A stretch of 64,000 bases of DNA, from NCBI RefSeq assembly GCF_009914755.1, contig NC_060925.1. One strand, given 5' to 3'. Below, piece by piece: positions 19,440-32,839 of the stretch. The stretch is from the human T2T-CHM13v2.0 reference genome, Homo sapiens. How positions within the stretch are numbered: position 1 is the stretch's first letter; the number at the start of each line of letters is the position of its first letter. A model generated the notes under the pieces. That model worked only from the letters and a program-made list of their open reading frames with translations. It was not told where the DNA came from and did no database searches. A program made the position numbers and the translations under genes.

Positions 19440-21245
19440 TTTTTTTTTTATTATACTTTAAGTCCTGGGATACATGTACAGAAAGTGCAGGTTTGTTACG
19501 TAGCAATACACGTGCCACGGTGGTTTGCTGCACCCATCAACCCGTCACCTACATTAGGTATTTCTCCTAATGCTATCCCTCCCCTAACCCCCGCCCAATC
19601 CCTCAACAGGCCCTGGTGCCTGATATTCCCCTCCCTGTGTCCATGTGTTCTCATTGTTCAACTCCCACTTAGGAGAGAGAACATGTGGTATTTGGTTTTC
19701 TGTTCCTGTGTTAGTTTGCCAAGAATTATGGTTTCCAGCTTCATCCATGTCCCTGCAAAGGACATGAACTTATCCATTTTATGGCTGCATAGTATTCCGT
19801 GGTGTATATGTGCCACATTTTATGTGAAGGACCTCTTCAAGGAGAACTACAAACCACTGCTCAAGGAAATAAGAGAGGACACAAACATTCCATGTTCATG
19901 GATAAGAAGAATCAATATTGTGAAAATGGCCATACTTCCCAATTTAATTTACAGATTCAATGCTATCCCCATCAAGCTACCAATGACTTTCTTCACAGAA
20001 TTAGAAAAAACTACTTTAAATTTTATGTGGAACCAAAAAAGAGCCCGTATAGCCAAGACAATCCTAAGCAAAAAGAACAAAGCTGGAGGCATCACACTAC
20101 CTGACTTCAAACTATATTACAAGGCTACAGTAACAAACAGCATGGTACTGGTACCAGAATAGATATACAGACAAATGGAACAGAACAGAGGCCTCAGAAA
20201 TAACACCACATCTACAACCATCTGATCTTTGACAAACCTGACACAAGCAATGGGGAAAGGATTCCCTATCTAATAAATGGTGAGAAAACTGGCTAGCCAT
20301 ATGCAGAAAACTAAAACTGGACACCTTCCTTACACCTTATACAGAAATTAACTCAAGATGGGTTACAGACTTAAACGTAAGACCTAAAACCATAAAAACC
20401 CTAGAAGAAAACCTAGGCAATACCATTCAGGACACAGGCATAGGCAAAGACTTCATGACTAAGACACCAAAAGCAATGGCAACAAAAGTCGAAATTGACA
20501 ATGCGATCTAATTAAACTAAAGAGCTTCTGCACAGCAGAAGAAACTATCAGAGTGAACAGGCAACCTACAAAATGGGAGAAAATTTTTGCAATCTATCCA
20601 CCTGACAAAGGGCTAATATCCAGAATCTACAAGGAACTTAAATTTACAAGAAAAAAAAAAAACCATCAAAAAGTGGTCAAAGGATATGAACAGACACTTC
20701 TCAAAAGAAGACATTTATGCAGCCAACAAACATGAAAAAAAGCTCATCATCACTGGTCATTAGAGAAATGCAAATCAAAACCACAATGAGATACCATCTT
20801 ACGCAAGTTAGAATGGCAATCATTAAAAAGTCAGGAAACAACAAGATGCTGGAGAGGAGGTGGAGAAACAATAAGATGCTGGAGAGGAGGTGGAGTGTTT
20901 CATTGACATAGTTATGTGTCATTAGCAGTTGTCTACTTTTAAGAGTATTGAAGGGAGATACCCTCTCCAGCAATTAATTCTATCAAGTATTTGGCAGGTG
21001 GAATGTTTTACATTGTTGGTGGGTGTATAAATTAGTTCAATCATTGTGGAAGACAGTGTGGCGATTGCTCAAGGATCTAGAACCAGAAACACCATTTGAC
21101 CCACCAATCCCATTACTGGGTATATATTCAAAGGATTATAAATCATTCTACTATAAAGACACATGCACACGTATGTTTATTGAAGCACTATTCACAATAG
21201 TAAAGACATAGAACCAACCCAAATGCCCATCAGTGATAGACTGGA
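19440..21245 (-). mobile_element. 5'-truncated, 5'-inverted (twin-primed) L1, L1PA7/8-like
   Basis: Minus-strand 3'UTR and poly(A) at 19440-19821 joined to plus-strand ORF2 segment 19822-~21245; TSD ggaaggactttt at both ends. Confidence 0.93.
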
Positions 21246-22009
21246 AGGACTTTTAAAATGCATAGGAGGAGGGAATGATTGATGGACTACAGTCCTCATC
21301 TTGGTGAGGAAGGGTAAGATGGGCTGCAGAGCTCAAAAGCTCAAATAGGGGGACTTTTCTTCAGTGAGAGAAGAGGGCTTTCTTCCTCCAGGACTGGAGG
21401 AAAGGAAAGTAAAGGAAAGAAGGTACACAAACCACAGGCAAGTCCCCAAGAGTTTGAGGAGTTCATGCCTGCACACTGTTTTTGTTACACTATGACCCAG
21501 ATGGTGTTTGGGAAGTACAATGTGGCAGTGACTGCCAAATGTAGAGAAATGCTGATGTTGATGCAGTCAGGCACAGGGTGATAAAGACTTGCACCAAGCT
21601 AGTAGCAACAAGAAAGGGGAAGAAAGGACAATTGCAAAAGACCTTAGTGTTGTTGGAGTTTTTTCCCTCTGTCTTCAGCATCCCAGTCTGTCAGTAACAT
21701 TCCAGGACTGGAACTTCCGAGAAACAGGAGTGAGAGCCATATGGCAAAATACTTAAAGTAGAAGAGTGTTTCATTGACATAGTTATGTGTCATTAGCAGT
21801 TGTCTACTTTTAAGAGTATTGAAGGGAGATACCCTCTCCAACAATTAATTCTATCAAGTATTTGGCAGATCACATGAGTGCAATATATTGGATAGGTTTT
21901 AGAGAAGATCTTAAACATGGTAATGATCAAGATCATTAAAATGTTAAACATTTGGGATAAATTCAGGTTTCCTAATAGCATATAATGAAAGTTTTGTTTT
22001 ATTTAACAG

Positions 22010-22123
22010 ATATTAATGAATGTCAAGAATCCAGCCCCTGTCACCAGCGCTGTTTCAATGCCATAGGAAGTTTCCATTGTGGATGTGAACCTGGGTATCA
22101 GCTCAAAGGCAGAAAATGCATGG
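22010..22123 (+). CDS. HMCN1: HMCN1 exon (~101), cbEGF
   Basis: aacAG|ATATTAAT ... ATGG|gtaaga; 114 nt; DINECQESSPCHQRCFNAIGSFHCGCEPGYQLKGRKCM. Confidence 0.96.
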
Positions 22124-22678
22124 GTAAGAAAAGGGCTTTGAATTTAAAGGAATGACACCTCTATAACTTCTTAATGATGTCTGATCTAAATGCATACACT
22201 GTGTCTTGGTACTGGTTCCTATATAGGACATCAAGCATGCAGCATGTATGCAATCCATGCAAAACCAAAATGACAAAAAATGCTGTTTTATGAGTTTCTT
22301 TTTCTAATTACATACCCATTCTTCATAACATTTCCTCTAATATTTTTGCAAAAGTATATCTATACATATAAATATATGTATGTACATATATATGTATACA
22401 AATGAAGTTAGTATATATAAATTTTATTTTTCTAAGAGGAGAAAATGATTGGTATGGCTACCTGCTCTGTAAAACAATATTTTGTGTTTGTTTTTGATTT
22501 TTATTATATTTTAAAGTGTGTTACATACATTGTTGAATTTAAGCACTTTAACCTTACACAATGATTATGCAATGAATGTATATATAAATAATATCCCTAA
22601 AATCCAAAAGTATGATTTCTCTGGAAAAGTTGAATAAATAATTTTCTTAATCTACATTACCTTTGTTCTTTTATCAAG

Positions 22679-22804
22679 ATGTGAACGAGTGTAGACAAAA
22701 TGTATGCAGACCAGATCAGCACTGTAAGAACACCCGTGGTGGCTATAAGTGCATTGATCTTTGTCCAAATGGAATGACCAAGGCAGAAAATGGAACCTGT
22801 ATTG
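22679..22804 (+). CDS. HMCN1: HMCN1 exon (~102), cbEGF
   Basis: tcaAG|ATGTGAAC ... ATTG|gtgagt; 126 nt; DVNECRQNVCRPDQHCKNTRGGYKCIDLCPNGMTKAENGTCI. Confidence 0.96.
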
Positions 22805-24078
22805 GTGAGTGTCTGGCTGTTTCCGTGACTGAGATCAGTTTGCCGTCAACAAGTCAAGTAAGGCATTCATTTTAAAAGAAGTGATTAGAGTAAATTTAAG
22901 CTAACAAGGAAATCTTTCTTTTTCCATAAGTACTCCCAACTTCTAGGATAATTGAGCTCCAGGTCCCAGGGTCATGGCTGTACCCGGAAATGGAAGCTCA
23001 CTATGAAAACTTATGACCATTTTGAGCTCCCATCAATTAAACATTTGGTTTACATAGTTTAATATCCACAAGCATTAATATTATCTCACATGATTTCTAA
23101 TAGAAATTTAGCATATATGTTAAGAATTTCTTGGGGGAAAGAAAAATTATGTCTGTAGAGATTAAAATTCAAAATATAATTATTTTGGAGATGTATATTC
23201 CTTAAATATCAAATCCATGACCAGACAAATAAAATAAATAATTTGCCCAAAATTTATGCTTTGCCTGTCTAGTCTACATCAATGACCAGACACAAAGGTA
23301 CATTATAGTTCTCCCTACATTTGTTCTGTGTATGTCTAGGCTGTACCAGCCTGGTTAGCAGAGCTAGCAACTGCAGGATTTACAAAAATAAAAGAGAGAT
23401 ACCATTCCCATTCTCATTCCTGCTAAAAAACACAGGAGAAAGAAATAATTTATGGGTTAAATTGGCCTACTCCACTATACCCCCTCCCCCCAAAAAAGCA
23501 AAGACCTATAATATGAGGAGAATGAAACACCATAAAGAGGAACAAATAAAATTCTACAGGAATACCCAAGAGAGTGACTGTATCCAGTAGGAGTCACTAT
23601 GAAGGAGGTCATGAAAATGATCACATTTAAATATAGGTTGGGATGTTACTAGATGGAGATGACAGAAAAAGGAAAGCAAGAAAGCCTTGTATAAGGGAGA
23701 AAGAGCTGAACTTAAGCATAAAGTGTTAAAATTCATTGTTCCTTCTTGACAGCTATCTAACCTTGGACAAGTCTTATGATTACACAGAAATTTGATTTTA
23801 AGTTTCTCATTGTAAAAATAGTACAGTTTTTCTTTTAAAAATCAATTATAAAATATTAATAAAATTATTGTATCTTGGATTTGTTTCAGAACAATATGAT
23901 AGGAGTGGGAGATAGATATAGATGAAGGAATATTGGCCATTTGTTGATAGTTGTTAAGTTCATGGTGGTTTAGTATAATTTAAAAAAACAACAACTGGTG
24001 ATGGGAGTTGAAGTATCAGATTTCAAAGACTTGTTTCAGCTCTTACACTATAGATATAGGTCAATACTTTCCTTATCA

Positions 24079-24414
<336 letters not shown>

Positions 24415-25186
24415 CTAATTATGTATAAGCTTAACTAGACATGAGTTGAAAGATCAGAAACTTTTTAAGAAGCTACAGCAAAAATCTAGCTAAGTGGGAA
24501 TGGAAATGTGGAGATACATGGTTTTGATTGAAGGAAATAGAACTACCCAATCTTGGCAACTGAGAGAATAAGTTAAAGATGACTGACCATTGTACTTTGT
24601 ATATAGCAAATGTTCAAACTAATACTATTACTAGAAACTCTTTTAAAAGAAATGCTTTTCCATAGCAGGAATACAGAACATAATTTATCATTTAAAGCTT
24701 GATGGACTTGAAACACAGGCCTGCTGTTATCACAAATAGGGGAGTAAGGTTAAGGCATTGAGGGTGTGCTGGGTTTGAACTAGTGGTAAAACAAAGAGAG
24801 ATGGGGATGTCCAGCTAGCAGCTAGAAACATGGGACTGTAGATCAGAAGCAATGTAGCACTATTGCTCTCAATCTGCCTAAACTCTAATCACTTGTATAA
24901 ATAAGATGGCAAAAGGAGGAAGGGATATAGAGAAGGAGAAAAAAAGAAATCTGTGAATAAAACTCTCTCCATAGTAGGGAGCAGGAGGAGGAAAAGCAGC
25001 CATTTAATAAGTGGCAGAGCTGGGACTTGAACCCAGGTTTTCTGATTCCAAGTTGTAAGCTGGTATGATCTCAACCACTTGGTGAGAAATGCAACCTTTG
25101 GCAATTCTACAGAATGCTGACTTTAAATACAATGACTTTGGGTTTGAAAGAGGAAATGTTACTTCTCATTGCCTCCATGTCTGTAG

Positions 25187-25315
25187 ATATTGATGAATGT
25201 AAAGATGGGACCCATCAGTGCAGATATAACCAGATATGTGAGAATACAAGAGGCAGCTATCGTTGTGTATGCCCAAGAGGTTATCGGTCTCAAGGAGTTG
25301 GAAGACCCTGCATGG
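25187..25315 (+). CDS. HMCN1: HMCN1 exon (~103), cbEGF
   Basis: tgtAG|ATATTG ... ATGG|gtaagt; 129 nt; [43 protein letters not shown]. Confidence 0.96.
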
Positions 25316-26409
25316 GTAAGTTAATAGGAACTTGTTGAGCAATAAAGCTACTGATGTAGTTACCTAGCCTTACCAACTCGCTTAGGGCCACTTTCTCTAT
25401 CCTCAAATGGTCTCTTGTTACAATAATAAGGTATGTGAATTGATTTACGTCATTCAACACAATTTGGATACTTCTTCAGAGACTTCATATTGAGCTCAAT
25501 TTACACTGACATTTCAAGTGATAATAATCACTTACTCTGTGCTTGCTATACACCACACATATCAAAGTGAGGTTCTGATATAATTGCCATCACAACTTAA
25601 TTATCAAGATTATCTCATTGATTATATCTCTATGCACATGACATAAATGTTTGCATAGATACATTTTATTTGAGCATGAAGTATATTTGTATGTAGTATG
25701 AAAGTTTAGGTGTGAGGTATTAAAATAGGGACACACAATTTAAATAAATGGATAATTACTTTATCATATATTTAATGCTTACTGTGTGCTGTTCCCTTTG
25801 CTAAAAATATCTCATTTCTCCCCAGTTGCCTGTTTGTTTTCATCTTAGTTATATTTGAATATGAAGGCAAATAGAAAATATCTGTAAGATAACCACATAC
25901 TTTTGGTAAAAATTAATGCATTTATAATCAAGAAACTGATCTATCAAATTGTAGTCTTCCTTAGAATATTCAATTGCACTAAAATAATGTTGTGGGCTTT
26001 TAAATACTAGCTTCTGGGTTTCACGCTATGCTTTTCAAATTGGTTGCCTTCTTGTCCACTTAATGATTATTTATAGCAAATTCTCCCAAAAAGACTTAGC
26101 TCTGTCTTTATGCAATCCCTAGCATAATATTTTGTATGTACCAAATGTTCAAACTAATACCATTACTAGAAACTCTTTTAAAAGAAAATGCTTTTTAATA
26201 ACAGGAATACAGATCATCATTTTAGTCTTCTATTTAGATATTATCATTTATATATAGTTTAACATCTTGATCAGCCATAACCGTGACTTTTCAGAATGAA
26301 ATAGTTGTATTTATTCACCAATTTGGCCACCAGCTGGATCTCAGACATTGTGCTAGGGAGTAAAACAAGGAAGAATGCAGAACCATTGCCTCAATAAAAG
26401 AGTTAAAAT

Positions 26410-26640
26410 GGCTGGGCACTGTGCTTCACGCCTGTAATCCCAGCTACTCGGCAGGCTGAGACAAGACAATCTCTTGATGTGGAGGTTGCAGTGAGCCGAG
26501 ATTGCATCACTGCACTCCAGCCTGGACAATAAGAGTGAAACTATGTCTCAAAAAAAAAAAAAAAGAAAGAAAAGAAAAGAAAAGAAAGAAAGAAAAGAGT
26601 TAAAGAAACTGTCTCAAAAAAAGAGAAAGGAGTTAAAGTA
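26410..26640 (+). mobile_element. Alu monomer with (GAAAA)n tail and duplicated 3' end
   Basis: Monomer followed by A/GAAAA tail; aaact..gtctcaaaaaaa...gagttaaag occurs twice. Confidence 0.85.
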
Positions 26641-27224
26641 TTAATTTTTACCTACTAAAATAGTTTTTAAAGCAAAATTTACTATTTTATTCTACCTTCC
26701 TGTATTGTTTTCTTTCATGCCACTGTGGTAATGAATTAAAGAATTTGGTTTTCATTCCCTTTTCCAATTTATAGGAAGAATTGCAAGTACAGATTCCATG
26801 TGTTGACCTAACAATAGAAAGAAAATAACTTTTTAAAATTTTATGTGTTTGGTGAGTTTATATCTTAGTAAGAACTGATTCTATGTCCTTGTTTCCTTGA
26901 TTTTAATCTGTTGGGGGAAAATGTGCTTGGCTTGTTCATTAATTCAAAATTATTAATTCAGAAAATAAAATTTTAAAGTCTGTAGTTTTGCCAGTATTCC
27001 TACCTCTAAAACTTATAATGGTATGGAAGATTAGAGACACTAGTTACCAATATTATAACTAAATACAAACTAGAGATGTGATTTCATTTCTGCTTCTGCT
27101 GATAGAATTAAGATCTACATTAGCTTTTGAACTCTGGTTTTCGTGTATTTAAGACTACGTATTCCCATATGATCTTTTTTGTTTCTACTGTTCACAGCTT
27201 GATTTGGCACATGATATCAAACCC

Positions 27225-27410
27225 ATTCCTTCATTAATTCAACAAATGTTTATTGAGCACCTACTTTGTGTTGGATGATGTTCTAGGTTGTGGGAATACA
27301 TTGCTAAACAGGGCAGACCAGGTCTCTGTCCTCGTGGAGTTTACCTTCCAGGGAGAGAAAGAAGAATCACAAAACAAATATACAATTTCAGATAGTGATA
27401 AGCACTTTAA
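27225..27410 (-). mobile_element. L2 3' end relic (continues ~28000-28280 after the Alu)
   Basis: cattaattcaacaaatgtttattgagcacctact motif. Confidence 0.75.
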
Positions 27411-27485
27411 GGAAACATAAAACAGAGAAACATAAGGAAACATAAAACATAAAACATAAAAGGAAAGGAAACATAAAACATAAAA
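27411..27485. repeat. Short tandem repeat (AAACATA)n-like
   Basis: aaacataaaacataaaacataaa units visible. Confidence 0.8.
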
Positions 27486-27559
27486 GAGAGACCCAGATTG
27501 GGGTGGTAGCACTGTGATCCAGGCAGCCTCTCTGAGAGACTGGACAAAAGGAAAGAGCA

Positions 27560-28032
<473 letters not shown>

Positions 28033-29087
28033 TCAGGCTGAGGAGAAGCCAGGGCAATGTCATTCAGAAAAGAATGCACTGACCATAATCAAGGAAGAAC
28101 CAAGGGGTCAGGCTGTTGGAGCAAAGGTAGGCAGAGGGTAAGGAGGATGAAGAGCCCATAATAAAGAATGTGATGGGAAAACATGAAAGGTCTTGGGCAG
28201 ACAAGCAATATGATATGGTTTACATTTGGAAAAGATCACTCTGGCTGCTATGTGGAGAATTAGGAGGGCAAAGATGCTTGCAGAAAGACCAAGTCATTTA
28301 AATAAAAATTTTAAAATAAACATAAAAGTAGTTACTTTTTTTAAATTATATGTGGACATATTAGAAAGCTTCCAACATTGTCAACCAGTAGAAAAATCTG
28401 AATTCCATCTGAAATATTTGTCAAAAGAGAAAAAACAAGAGAGAAATTTCCCAAATGTACACGTATGATTGTATTAAGAGGTACTATCTTGAGACTTTTT
28501 TATAAGTGAAGTTTGATGAAAATTATATTCATTTGTGATTCCACACTCTCTTGTACCTTTTTTTTTTCCAGAGGAAGATACACAAATTTTAACAATTTAA
28601 GATGTCTCTGCCTAGTTGAACTAAGAAAGCTTAGTGTAGTATTTCTAAGATTTAAAATCTTAATGTTACTCTTAGAATTACGTGTAAAAATGTATACCAA
28701 AGTAGCTTAAACTGATCAAGGAGACAAGGCTGAAAACAGAGCTCCCTAGGTCTTAAGGCCATCATAAGTGAGTCAAAGGGGTATGAACTTACAGAACTAG
28801 TGTGTCTTGTTGTCTGAGCCACTTGCTTCAATGTGAATGTTCAAATAAAATGTGTGGATATAATATAGTATTTAGGGGGAGATTTGCAGAATCTGTCCTA
28901 TGTTCATAACTGAATGATTAAAGCTTTGTCAAAAGTTCACAACAGTTGAGGAGAAATTACTGTATGCCTGGCTTTGGAGGGTAACAATGTCTTCAGTTTG
29001 TTTCACAGACTCATTCTTTATTCCTGTGTTTTGTGTGTGTATGTATGTGTCTTTTTTTTTCTTTTTTATATCATGGCATACGAGCAG

Positions 29088-29438
29088 ACATTAATGAATG
29101 TGAACAAGTGCCTAAACCTTGTGCACATCAGTGCTCCAACACCCCCGGCAGCTTCAAGTGTATCTGTCCACCAGGACAACATTTATTAGGGGACGGGAAA
29201 TCTTGCGCTGGATTGGAGAGGCTGCCAAATTATGGCACTCAATACAGTAGCTATAACCTTGCACGGTTCTCCCCTGTGAGAAACAACTATCAACCTCAAC
29301 AGCATTACAGACAGTACTCACATCTCTACAGCTCCTACTCAGAGTATAGAAACAGCAGAACATCTCTCTCCAGGACTAGAAGGACTATTAGGAAAACTTG
29401 CCCTGAAGGCTCTGAGGCAAGCCATGACACATGTGTAG
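29088..29438 (+). CDS. HMCN1: HMCN1 exon (~104): cbEGF, Tyr/Ser/Arg-rich insert and half-EGF
   Basis: gagcAG|ACATTAAT ... GTAG|gtaaat; 351 nt, phase 1-1; [12 protein letters not shown]...PPGQHLLG...[23 protein letters not shown]. Confidence 0.95.
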
Positions 29439-32400
29439 GTAAATGTCAGCCATATTACATTTCCTTTCTGTGGGCTCTCTTACTGATCAAAGTATGTGTA
29501 CAGCACCTGTGATTGTTTGAGTGCAGTGAACTACATCTGATCTCAAGTTCGGAATGACTCAAAATTTCAAGACATTTATTTTGGCACCTAAAACTATTAC
29601 AGACTTGAGTCAAGTGAATTATGGATTTACATGTGGGCATTCTAATAATTTATTGTGTTATAGTCAGTTTCTTTTTGGTCACCCTGAAGGTGTTACTAAA
29701 CTTAATACTAAATAGAAATAAATTTCAGTGGCATCCAGAATGTAGTTTATTTAAAAGAGGATGTAAATATTGCCACATAACGTAATGCCATCAGATTATG
29801 GCCACATCGGATTGATGGAAAAGCAGTGGTTTAAAAGTGAAAGTTTCAGCTTCTCGGTCGACTGCTTGTTCTGTATAACAACCAACATCCCATTGACTGT
29901 TGCTCCACAGTCCTCGTGGAATTGCTGTTTGATTATTGTGTATGTTTGTACGTCACTGAAAAGATAATATGAGTTGGGACAAAATTAAGTTGTTTCTATC
30001 ACTCTGAAATATGTGCTTGCAGTATCTTTATCTAAATTCACAAGTCTATAATTCCATTTGTTTGCAAAAGTGAAGTATAATTTCCCACTTAAGAATTGAG
30101 ACCTTGTTTTCAGTCGAGTTGCAAACATTACCATCTGTCACTCATTTAACTCAATTTTCTGTGAACATCTACAATTAGCATGTCATTGACCTACTCAAGG
30201 GGAATTAGCAAGCAGGAATTAGTTTTACTATTTGTTAGCTGGAAAAAATAAGCAAAGAAAGAACATAGGAGAGAAGTAAAGAGGGAGGGAAGAAACAAAT
30301 TCCGTTTAAATTCAAAGCCCACTATGCCAGCCTCATTTTCTTACATTTCTGGAAAGCGTTCTACACTTTGCTTACTCTCTTAACTATGCTTTTTGCTAAA
30401 CATTTTTTAAACATTTCTTCTCCTTCTATCTTCAATTTTTTTTGTTTCTTTTTCTACCCTTGCCCAAGCCCTGTTACTTCATTATTATCTTCTCAGATGG
30501 ACTTCTTGGTCAACCTTAGGTGGATTCATCTTCCCATATCATCTCCACTCAGTTGGGCCCTCAGTCCCTCTGGACACTCAAACTTTACCCTTTGCTTTTT
30601 AGGTTCATATTTTTTCCAGCACTTTTCTGTCTTTTTTACCCTGATGTATCTGCAGCTTAATATAAGGGATGTGGAAACTTCTCCCTCGTGATTAGCTTAC
30701 CAGAATTGTTGACAGTGCTCATTTCTTCTACCACCAAACATTAATGCATTAACAATTCTCTACATTTTGTCCCACGTGGTCAAATACTGTTTAATTGCTA
30801 AATATGTGGACTCCAGTATTCTTGCTAGTATATTAAACAACACTGTCAATCTGCTACAAACTGTTCTGAGTTTTGGGAAATTTTATGCCCACAATTTTGA
30901 TCTGACTCTTCATTAAAGTTGTTCACTATTCTCTTATTGACAGAATTAACATCTGATATTTTGTCTTTCAAAGTTTCTTCCAAATAGTCATCCCCACTAG
31001 AGGGTTTTCACAGCCTAGGTAATAGGTTACCATCCCATTCTCAACCTTCATTTTAGACAAGCACTTTCTTTTGTTCTACCTTTACTTTCCTGCCCAAAAA
31101 TCTGTGTTATGAAAAATAAATTTAGCCACACCCTCCACACTATACACCATTAGCTGGTTTCTTCCAAATTATCAGAAGGTCCAAGTTATTTTAAGAAAGC
31201 TTCCTGATTAATAACCCACTTCTCTACTTCTTCATCACTATCTATGGCTGCAGTTTCATCATAGTAGAGTCTTATAAATGTTTTCTGTCTTCCGTTTATG
31301 TTAAACCAATGTTATGTTATCACAATCGTCTTCCTCAGACAGTCATCTGCTATTTGAGGCAGCCACTCTTTCACAGTAAGGGTCAATCTTGGAGAATCTA
31401 AAGTAAAAATTTATAGCTAGTCCATTACTGGATATTTAAGTTTCTTTGGAGGCAATTCATAGGCTTAAACATTTCTTAAAATATGGTATTTTATAGTATT
31501 GGGACTAATGAAGAAATATACAGTAAGACTGCCTACAGCTTTGGTATTACACAACAAGACCAACTTGCAATAAGCACCAAATGCTTTTAATGAACTATCT
31601 GGGACAGACAAGTTATAAAAGATTCAAATTAACACTATGAAATCTTGTTAGGCTTGGGCTAAAGTTTAGTTTTTGAAGAAATTGATTCTAAAGCATAACA
31701 GGAAAAATGACCATTGCATTGCTTCTGAATGCAGAAATCACACTTGGGGGTAGTGTAAAATTCATGCTTGGGAAAGCTCTGTGCTAACAACTTGGAGTTC
31801 AACATCATTTACATTTCTGTTATTTTAGGTTAAAGCTGATTTTAAAGGAAAGAAGTAAAAACTCACACAAGTCATAGAATCAACACTTTGGTTAACTAGT
31901 CTTCCACTGGTTGGTGTATGCTCAGAGACTATGAGCAAATTTTAATTTTAGTTAAAGCAAAACACCACTGGGACAAGAAATCTTCAGCCTCCCAAATCAC
32001 ATACTTTATCCTTAAAGCAAATATCAATTAATTTTGAATTATCATCTATTCTCACCCTCCTTTTTTTGCCATTTTCATGGCTTTGTTTAATAATAGCAGA
32101 TAGCCCTTTATAGACTACTTTCCCACATATTACTGTATATGAACCTTTCAACAAAACTGTGAAGTAGGGCAGATGGTCTCAAGTGTCCCTTTTAACAGAA
32201 GAATAAATGAGATCTTGAGAAGTTAAATGGCCTGCCAAAGGTAACACAACTATATATGTATGTACTTGTCATTAGTACGTTTGAATTGTATAAAAAAAGA
32301 GTATTTTTGTCACAAAAATAAAAAACATTTCCATGTGATATCTGTGTATGGGAAAGCTATGCATGAGTGGGGCTGCAGGGAGAGAGAAAGAGAGCCAAAG

Positions 32401-32839
32401 TTTAAATACAATAAAAACAAATAGTCCTTTTTGCAAGTAATCTCAATAGGAATATTGTATTTCAGGTAATTTCTACTATTCCTTAAAGAGTTTCATATTT
32501 TGGTGGTTTAGGATCCTGTCTACATTTGTTTCCTCTGTCATGTCACTCTTACTTAAGTAATATAAAAATTGACCCGTTTGGGACTTCAGCATATATGTGC
32601 TTACACAAAGAAATGTCCATAATTTGTAATATAGTACTGTGTATATAGTACTATATTCAGTATTTTTATAACATAAAAGTATCTTCATAGAAAATAGCTC
32701 TGAGCATTTTTTAACACATGAGTATAAAATCACCAAGAAGTTTTTCTAATGTATATCAACAACTTGATGAGAGTTGGCTCTGTCACAGTGTCTGCTTTTT
32801 TCTTGTGTAGTGATAACTCTCTGTCTTCTTCCTGAACAG

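Noticed and set aside
19485-20162. 225-aa ORF
   Set aside because: Chance read-through across the L1 inversion junction (antisense 3'UTR plus sense ORF2 fragment), with a non-ATG start.
27411-27485. Spaced repeats resembling a CRISPR-like array
   Set aside because: Simple AAACATA microsatellite in eukaryotic DNA, with no unique spacers or cas genes.
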